In this document: positions 7,324 to 13,880 of the stretch, one piece after another | Layout of the letters: each line of letters begins with the position of its first letter | Numbering within the stretch: the stretch's first letter is position 1 | Source: an uncultured bacterium | GTDB lineage: Bacteria > Verrucomicrobiota > Verrucomicrobiia > Limisphaerales > UBA8199 | Direction: 5' to 3' | DNA length: 64,000 bases | NCBI GenBank assembly: GCA_963749495.1 | Contig: CAVVMW010000005.1 | Span: 320,001-384,000, forward strand | Made by a program: the position numbers and the translations under genes | Notes under the pieces: model-generated | The model's database searches: none | What the model was told of the DNA's origin: nothing | The model's input: the letters and a program-made list of their open reading frames with translations, nothing else

Positions 7324-8467
7324 CTAACGCCGGAGCGCGCGCGTCTTGTAGGTGAGGAGCGGCCGGAAGGTGGCGATAACCGAGATGAGTCCGGCGTCCG
7401 CCAGGTCCTGGACCACGTCCTCGATGCTCTTGTAGGCGGCTGGGGCCTCTTCGTAGAGCAACTCGCGCGGCTCGCAGATGACTTGGCCCCCCAGCGGCGT
7501 TTGGGTCAACTGCTGCCGGCCAAACCGTTCGCGCATGCGCAGGCGGCTCTCACTCCGGGCCCGACCTGCGGCCGGCACCGTGGGCCAAAGACCAGGCGTG
7601 GCTGACGCCATCTCCAATGGGCTTCACGAGGTAACTGAGCGACCCGCGGGAGCCAGGGATCATCACCGGCTCCCGTTCGGCTGCCACGGCACCCTTCCGA
7701 TGCACCCAGACCGCTTCGCCAGGGCTGCCCCTCACCCCGTCCCTCTCCCCATCGGATGGGGAGAGGGTGGCCGCAAGGCCGGGTGAGGGGACGCGAGCGA
7801 TGCTGTTGTGGCAGCCGTCCCAGAGGCACTCGGCCTCCGCTCCCAGCGCCTCGACGAATCGTCGAGCGATGAGCGCCCGGTTTGTCTTGGCCCACCTCAG
7901 GGCCAAGTCATGGTCGCGGAGATAGCCCGCCGCAGCAAACGACTCGGGATCGGAGCCTTCGGCCTGATGCTCTTCCGCGTACGCCCGCAGGACCGATTCG
8001 CCCAGACCGCGCGAGCCGCTGTGGACCAGAACCACCAGTTGCTGTTTGCCCAGGCCCAACCGCCTGAATGCTGCTGCGTCCAAGACGGCCTCGACCTTCT
8101 GCAGTTCGGCGAAGTGATTGGCGCCGCCGATGGTCCCCAGCGCTTCATCGAACTCCGTGGATTCAAGCTCCGCTACGGCGAGAACCTCGCCCACATCGCC
8201 TTCCCACGGATGCTCCAGGTCAAAGCGAAGGTCGGCCCACCCGCCTACGCGCTCCGCGCTCCGGCGCGGCAGGTCTGTCTTGAACAGGGCCGTGCCGCAA
8301 CCGATGTCGCCGCCGATGAGGTGGGGATAAATGACGCCCTTGGTGACGAGGGCGGCGCCCACCGGGCTGCCCTTGCCCGGGTGCAGGTCCGGGAAACCGA
8401 CCGCCAGGCGTACACTTTCGAGTCGTGCCGCCGCATAAAGCTGGCGAACCGCTTCGCCTTCGATCAT
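7324..8467 (-). CDS. rtcB: RtcB-family RNA ligase (PrfH-coupled RtcB2 type), frameshift near 7560, in-frame palindrome insertion
   Basis: PDLHPGKGSPVG, GDIGCG, LGTIGGANHFAE, VHSGSRG, HN, HRKGA, IPGSRG, SLAHGAGR, EEAPAAYK, LLTYK motifs. Confidence 0.93.
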
Positions 8468-8585
8468 CTGCCTGCCCTCCGCAAAATGTAGAATGAAGAA
8501 TGCAGAATGAAGAATGCCCCGGATCACGCACCGCAGGGCGCGGACGGAGATTCTGCATTCTCCATTCTGCACTCTGCATTTGAAC

Positions 8586-8692
8586 TGGCTGCCAGGGTTG
8601 GACTCGCACCCGCCGTCGCTCGGAGCTATGGCGGGGCAGGCCAACACCTAACGGCTTAACAGGCCGCCGTGCTGCTTTGACACAACCTGGCA
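8586..8692 (-). tRNA. tRNA-Asn(GTT) with 32-nt palindromic insertion in T arm (8609-8640)
   Basis: Acceptor TGCCAGG/CCTGGCA; GCGGC-CTGTTAA-GCCGT; GTTGG[insert]TGCGAGT-CCAAC. Confidence 0.88.
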
Positions 8693-8694
8693 AT

Positions 8695-8752
8695 TGGCGC
8701 TGCCGGCAGGAGTTGCACCCGCATGAGTTCGTTTAGAAGACGAATGCCCCTT
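8695..8752 (-). pseudogene. tRNA-Arg(TCT), 5' portion missing
   Basis: TTCGT-CTTCTAA-ACGAA; GCGGG-TGCAACT-CCTGC; GCCA end; 5' part replaced by heptamer repeats. Confidence 0.75.
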
Positions 8753-8859
8753 CCAAGTGCAGAGTGAAGAGTGCAGAGTGCGGAATGCCGCGGTCGGGAG
8801 CGAGTGGCTCCAGCCTCTGGCCATTCTGCATTCCGCACTCCGCACTCCGCATTCAAGAA

Positions 8860-8948
8860 TGGTGGGAGGTGCTGGTAACGCTCCAGTCGTCGCTTCCGAC
8901 AGTTGTTTTTGACGCCGGTTTTACGGACCGGCAGTCGGAACACCTCCC
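8860..8948 (-). tRNA. tRNA-Tyr(GTA)-like, 8/4 fold, no local D arm
   Basis: GGGAGGTG/CACCTCCC-ACCA; GCCGGT-CCGTAAA-ACCGGC; CTGG-AGCGTTA-CCAG. Confidence 0.78.
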
Positions 8949-9065
8949 GAGATTGGCTTGCCGCGCCGTAGCTCGAAGCCGCGCGAATGCACGCGGGCGG
9001 TACGGCCCGCCTTCGCTTCGCTACGGCGCGGCAGCCTCGCTCTCAGACTGGCTTCGAGCGGAGGC

Positions 9066-9138
9066 TGGTAGCGGGGGTGGGAGTCGCGCCCACGAAGGCT
9101 GAGGTTATGGGCCTCGCCTGAATCTCATTCTCCCCGCA
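9066..9138 (-). tRNA. tRNA(CAT), initiator-like, minimal D arm
   Basis: TGCGGGG/CCCCGCT with 1:72 mismatch; loop CCCATAA; GTGGG-CGCGACT-CCCAC; ACCA end. Confidence 0.78.
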
Positions 9139-9144
9139 GTGAAA

Positions 9145-9244
9145 TGGCGAACAAAGAACAAACACCTCTTGCTACCTTGCGGTACCAACCCACGGTTTCA
9201 CGGTGGTTCTTTCGGTGTTTGGGGGCACACCTCCTGCGAAGCCC
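9145..9244 (-). ncRNA. Structured RNA ending in CCA at the head of the array
   Basis: AAACACC/GGTGTTT stem enclosing two hairpins, one with a GCAA tetraloop (TACC-GCAA-GGTA); 3' end GCCA. Confidence 0.45.
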
Positions 9245-9444
9245 ATTTGAATGTAGAATGAAGAGTGTAGAGTGAAGAATGCCGCACGAGCGGCTCCGGC
9301 TCTTTCGACGGGGCGCCCATTCTGCGCTCTGCATTCTGCGCTCTGCATTCGATTATGGTGACATCATCAAGACGTCGGTTTCTTTTCGTTCACAGTGCTT
9401 TGCCTTTCGTTGTCGAGTTTTGCTTCTTTCAGTGCTGCACGGGT

Positions 9445-9481
9445 AAACAAAAAACCCTGCTTCCATTCCGGTAAGCAGGGT
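9445..9481 (-). terminator. Intrinsic terminator (attenuator) upstream of the tRNA array
   Basis: ACCCTGCTT-ACCGGAATGG-AAGCAGGGT followed by TTTTTGTTT. Confidence 0.9.
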
Positions 9482-9515
9482 GCAAAAAGTCTTTTGGTTC
9501 GGTTACCTGCTTACC
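9470..9515 (-). promoter_or_regulatory. Antiterminator pairing
   Basis: GGTAAGCAGG (9515-9506) is a perfect 10-nt complement of CCTGCTTACC (9479-9470) in the terminator 5' arm. Confidence 0.85.
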
Positions 9516-9673
9516 TTCAATCTATCCAGATTGGCTTCGGGGTTTTGTCCACGATACGCCCTGGATAGGCCGAGGCTGAACCAATAGCCTCGGCTGGACC
9601 AGCTATGACGTGTCGCCTGCGCGACCGACGTCATCGGCCAAATCGAGACTAATATGTTCATGCAAGTTTTCAT
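9503..9673 (-). CDS. Putative attenuator leader peptide (56 aa)
   Basis: MKTCMNILVSIWPMTSVAQATRHSWSSRGYWFSLGLSRAYRGQNPEANLDRLKVSR*, translated by hand; last codons overlap the antiterminator arm. Confidence 0.7.
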   Translation of the reverse strand: MKTCMNILVSIWPMTSVAQATRHSWSSRGYWFSLGLSRAYRGQNPEANLDRLKVSR

Positions 9674-9686
9674 CGAACTTGGTTCA

Positions 9687-9757
9687 TACTTATCACATGT
9701 CCCTAATCTTGTCCACTTATATCTTTAGGGTATCCTATATCTTAAATTCAAATATCT
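9687..9757 (-). promoter_or_regulatory. Putative sigma-70 promoter of the array with upstream repeated boxes
   Basis: TGGACA (9715-9710)-17 nt-TAAGTA (9692-9687) in an AT-rich patch; three AGATAT boxes at 9719-9724, 9737-9742, 9752-9757. Confidence 0.5.
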
Positions 9758-9787
9758 GGATAGGTTGATACATCGCTCCCCTCCGGT

Positions 9788-11154
9788 TCACCGGAGTTTA
9801 AGCAATCGCACCTCAAGCGGCGCAAGGGTGAGCGGAGCGTCCACCGGCCTGCCGGTCAGGACATCCTGCACCGCCATTGGCCGGCCGTCGCGCATCAGGA
9901 CTGCCGTCACCGGCTCCTTTCGGTAGTTGCAGAGATTCACCACGGTCCCTTGGGCTGTTTCGGTGCTCCGCCATTCCACGCCCCAAGCGGGCTGCCGCTC
10001 GGCCTCGCGCAGCTCCAGCGTGGGACGCAGGTCCCATGCGGGAAGCTTCGCCAGGATTTGTTCGTGCAGCTTCCGGGACGAAGTGGAACCGTGCCGGAAC
10101 GGGAGCTTGTCGGTGGCTGAGAGCTCGGGCCGTCTTTCGTGCCCATACTCATCCCGGCCCAGCACGTCGTCGTCGCCGACCAGCACCACACGCCCCTTGA
10201 ACTGCCGCAGTCCCGCCAAGGCTGCACCAGCGAGATGGACAACGCCGGGCACAAAAACCAATGGCGCCTGCGGGACGGAACCTGTCTCTGGATGATGTTC
10301 ACACCGTAGTCCGGCCACTTCTCCATGTCCGAGACGACCTGGCTGAAGTGCCCATAGCCGGTGAAGAAAACCGGACGCTCCTGCGGGACGCCACCCGGCA
10401 GGCAGGCCGGAGCCACAAAAGAACTGCGCCTGATGACAGGGCGCTGGTCGCCGGTCCAACGTGGCACGGCAGGGAACTGCCGCTGCCCGGCCAGGGCCTC
10501 TTTGAGTTCGCCACCCAAGCGCGATGCCATTCGTTCCAGGTCGCCGACCTGCTCGAGGGAACGGCGGACTTCTCCGTGGCGGGCGTCTTCCTCCGCATAG
10601 CCGATGAAGTTCTCCAGCACGGTGGCCGTGACTGCGGGATACGAGGGGTCCTGTCCGCGCGATTTGACCGCCTGCAAGTCCGCTTTCAGCGCGGGCAGGC
10701 TCGCCTTCAGGGCGCCTAACCGCTGGAGCGCGTTGGCGGCGGAGAAGAACCCTACGGGCGCGCTGGCGGCAGTGCTTTCCTGGTTCGCCTCCTCCAGGCG
10801 CAGCGTCAGCGCGCATCGCGCATCGCTGGCGGCTGCGCTTTCCCCTTTGACCAGCACCCGCCACACGCCCGCGGCGAGGCTAATGGTCTGGCGGACCGGT
10901 TCCCAGGAGCCCCATCCCGCAGAAAAAGCCCCGGTCACCGCGCGCGGGTTGCTCAACGTGAAAGCGACGCTAAACGGCCCATCGCCCTGGACCACGGTTT
11001 GCGCCTCTTCGGCTTCCAGAAACACCTTGTGACCGGTCGCGCACGCAGCGTCAGTATTGCGCCGGTCCCATCGCCAACCGGCCGGGAGGCCGGCGGAAGC
11101 GACTCGCTCGAAGCCCGAATTGGGAAGCAGGTTAGGCCGGCACTCGTGCTTCAA
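9788..11154 (-). pseudogene. Glycoside hydrolase-like protein fragments (GH42-like C-terminus), frameshifted and deleted
   Basis: LLPNSGFE (carbohydrate-binding start), RPVFFTGYGHF, WGVEWRS...VVNLCNY in different frames. Confidence 0.5.
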
Positions 11155-11195
11155 TACTCGCTTGGCGCCGCCTCACCGGACAAAGCTCACTGAGT

Positions 11196-13880
11196 TCATC
11201 GGGCCTTCGGTTGCCTCGCGCTCTCCACGCCAATCGCGTTAGCCGAGCCGAGCGTGCGCAGTTCGATTTTCAGACTGGAACCGCTTTGCGGACGGCATCT
11301 GATCGCGACCTGCTGCGTGCCGACGCCGGCTTGCGCCGCCGCGACAGCCACCGGCACGCGGGAGAGTTCTTTCCAGGTTGGGTCATATATGCGGGCTTCT
11401 GCTCCTCCGGTGTATTTGAGGCTGCCGCCGGGCGGCACCGCGTACCCATCGATCCCGAGGAGCGGCTTGCCGTTGATTTCGATTGCCACTCCAGTTACCG
11501 GCTGTTTGCCCTCGCAGCGCACCATCCATTGCAATGGCTGGGCCGCGTGCGGGTTCTGAAAGGTCCATTGGGTTGCCTCGCCCCGAGCGGCGTCATGGGT
11601 GAAGCGCTCCGTGTGCGCCGCATACAAGGTCCAGCGCCCCTCGCTCACGGGTTCGAGGTGAAACTCAAGGGCGTTATCCCGCAGATCCGCTTTGACCTCC
11701 GGCGAGAAGGCAGGGGCCATCCGCGCCGTCTCCCACTGCTTCACGGCTTCGAGAATCGCCACCGTGGCGCCGAACCGCCCCGCGGCATCGGCGGAATTCG
11801 AGTCGGCGGCCAGTTGGGCTGAACTGGCCAGACTCGTAGCGAGGGCAAAGCCGGCGTCAAATCCGGCCGCGCGGGCCAGCAGCCACTCGGCGTCTTCGAT
11901 GCTGGTGTCGGAACGTAGCGCGAACCAGCCCAACATGTGGGGCATGAGGTTGCGCTCGAAATGCAACTGGTTCTTGAAGCGGTAGAGAGTCTGGCTCTCT
12001 CGAAAACCGGCGTACCACGGCTCACCCCAGTTCATGCGGGTATAGACGTGCCAGTTGAAGTGGCCCGGGTTGCTCGCGTCGTTGATCTCGCCGCGCAACT
12101 CCGGCAAGAGCGCGTCATACCAGGCCTGGGTGAAGAGCGTCCGCCCATATTGTCCCATGCCGGTGGACCAGTTGCCTTCCAAGCCGTCGAGCGAAATCTG
12201 GAGCGTGCCGGCGTGATTGCAGAGCTTGGCGATGTTCCGCGCGACTTCCTGCGTGAGGTCGGCATCGGTGAGGAAGACCTTGTACCCGTGATCCATCAGC
12301 TTGGCCACCGCCTCGCCCGCGGCGTGGGCCGAGGCGTGCGTGCCCCACGCGCCGCGCTGACAATCGAGCAAGCGCCACGGGGCGTTCGTAGAGACCGAGC
12401 CGTAGCGGATCAGTTCGTCGCCGATGACGACGGTATTCATGTCGGTCTGCTTGCGGAAATAATCCGGGGAGGAGACTGGAACCTCCTTCTGCGCGTCATC
12501 AACGTTCGTCGTCAACGCGCTCGCACCGATCCGAGCCAGACGAGGGTCCGGCCTGGGCGTGACGTAAGGATCGTTGGGCGTAATGAAGTTGGAGAGGGTG
12601 TGAAAGCCGATGCGCACGCCGGCCTTGCGGGCTTTTTCGACGCAGGCGCGCAAGCCGTCCCAGCCGTTTGGAAAGAGGTCCGGCTTGAGCTTGAAATGGC
12701 CCCAGGTCTCGAACGGTGAACTGTGGTAGAGATATTTCAAGCCCGCGCGGCGCGTCATCTCGATGGCGCGGTCCACTGTCTGCTCGCTGAAATCGACGAT
12801 GAGATAGGAACAGTTGGCATTGGTGGCCATCTTGGCCCAGGCGCCGTCGAGCATCGGATGGGGCAGCCCCTCGGCCACTTCGATGGCGCCGATGGTCTCC
12901 AGTGCTTGCGCCGCCGGGCAGGCGAAGAGCGCGATCCGGCTGCCGATGACGCCGCCATCGCTGTAGGCCGGCGCCAGGTATTGCTCATGGCCCCAGTTGG
13001 CGATAATCCGGCTGCGGCTGCGATCCCGGCAGTAGGCTTGCAAAACGCTGCCGAACTCTGTGCGCCGCGCCGTGTCGCCGCGAAAATACTGGCCTTTGTT
13101 CAGCTCGGCCGGGAGGTTCGTGTAGCGACCGGGATCATCTGCCCCGTAATCGGCCTCCACGTCATTCTCCCTTGCCGGGTAGCCGCCGAGGGTCTTGGCA
13201 TTGAGCGCCTGGATGCCGATGGCGAAATCGGCGTCGCGCACGACGCCGACCACCTCACCGATGATGTCGCCAATCGTCGTCGGGTACGGTCCCCAAAGGA
13301 CCAACTCGACCCGGTTCGTCGGCTGAATACCCAGCACCTCGAAAGTGATGTGGGTGCGTCTGGCTTCGGCCGCCAGGATTGCGCTTACACCGGCATTTGT
13401 GAATTGCAAGGTCAGCCGCCTGGTCTGAGGGGCCCAGGCCGCGCCATTCGGCGGGTAGAGCTTGCCGCCGACCCGCACACTCAGCAACGGCGCGGGCTGA
13501 TCGGATGCCAGATAGCTGCGGCCGTCCGTGTCGCGAGAAAGCGCGCAGAGGGTTCCGGCGCCATCAACGCAAAAGGTGGCGGCTCGTGTTCGCAGCGTTA
13601 CCATGGGAGGCTCGGCTCCCCCGAGCGCATTTCCAGACATCGCCACGCAGGCGCACGCCGCCGCGAGCGCGCGAAGGCACCGAAGATCGACTTGAACAGG
13701 AGACAACGAAGAAAACGAAGAAAACAATTTCCGAATGGAGGAACAGATGGCGGGTCGAAAGCCCCTCGTAGTCCGGCCGCGATTGCGAGAGCGCGCCCGT
13801 GGTGCCATCGAAGCGCTTTGACGCCAACTTCCTTCGTTTTCTTCGTTTCCTTCTGTTGAGATTCGAATGGTCGTGCTCAT
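11196..13880 (-). CDS. Large secreted hypothetical protein, probable glycoside hydrolase TIM barrel (start uncertain)
   Basis: Long ORF; FPNGWDGLRACVEKARKAGVRIGFH, ISLDGLEG motifs. Confidence 0.7.
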   Translation of the reverse strand: MSTTIRISTEGNEENEGSWRQSASMAPRARSRNRGRTTRGFRPAICSSIRKLFSSFSSLSPVQVDLRCLRALAAACACVAMSGNALGGAEPPMVTLRTRAATFCVDGAGTLCALSRDTDGRSYLASDQPAPLLSVRVGGKLYPPNGAAWAPQTRRLTLQFTNAGVSAILAAEARRTHITFEVLGIQPTNRVELVLWGPYPTTIGDIIGEVVGVVRDADFAIGIQALNAKTLGGYPARENDVEADYGADDPGRYTNLPAELNKGQYFRGDTARRTEFGSVLQAYCRDRSRSRIIANWGHEQYLAPAYSDGGVIGSRIALFACPAAQALETIGAIEVAEGLPHPMLDGAWAKMATNANCSYLIVDFSEQTVDRAIEMTRRAGLKYLYHSSPFETWGHFKLKPDLFPNGWDGLRACVEKARKAGVRIGFHTLSNFITPNDPYVTPRPDPRLARIGASALTTNVDDAQKEVPVSSPDYFRKQTDMNTVVIGDELIRYGSVSTNAPWRLLDCQRGAWGTHASAHAAGEAVAKLMDHGYKVFLTDADLTQEVARNIAKLCNHAGTLQISLDGLEGNWSTGMGQYGRTLFTQAWYDALLPELRGEINDASNPGHFNWHVYTRMNWGEPWYAGFRESQTLYRFKNQLHFERNLMPHMLGWFALRSDTSIEDAEWLLARAAGFDAGFALATSLASSAQLAADSNSADAAGRFGATVAILEAVKQWETARMAPAFSPEVKADLRDNALEFHLEPVSEGRWTLYAAHTERFTHDAARGEATQWTFQNPHAAQPLQWMVRCEGKQPVTGVAIEINGKPLLGIDGYAVPPGGSLKYTGGAEARIYDPTWKELSRVPVAVAAAQAGVGTQQVAIRCRPQSGSSLKIELRTLGSANAIGVESARQPKAR
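13695..13860. repeat. Inverted 9-mer repeat hairpin (AACGAAGAA type)
   Basis: aacaggagacaacgaagaaaacgaag ... cttcgttttcttcgtttccttctgtt; similar elements at ~29540-29618 and ~57600-57665. Confidence 0.7.

Larger units (their letters stand above)
2145..9350. repeat. About 14 blocks of heptamer repeats (GAATGCG/GAGTGCG/GAATGAA types), mostly inverted arms around a variable core
   Basis: e.g. 2706-2806, 3255-3335, 3522-3610, 4440-4530, 5830-5930, 6170-6268, 6381-6473, 7025-7110, 7228-7312, 8484-8580, 8755-8855, 9250-9350. Confidence 0.9.

Noticed and set aside
2476..9334. Many 60-280 aa ORFs over the array (RTPHSAFRI / MRSAECGV peptides)
   Set aside because: They are translations of heptamer repeats, REPs and tRNA genes; only GIY-YIG, the TROVE fragments and RtcB show protein motifs.
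2145..9350. CRISPR array suggested by repeat/spacer alternation
   Set aside because: Repeats are degenerate heptamer arms in inverted orientation with irregular spacing and tRNAs between them; no identical direct repeats and no cas genes.
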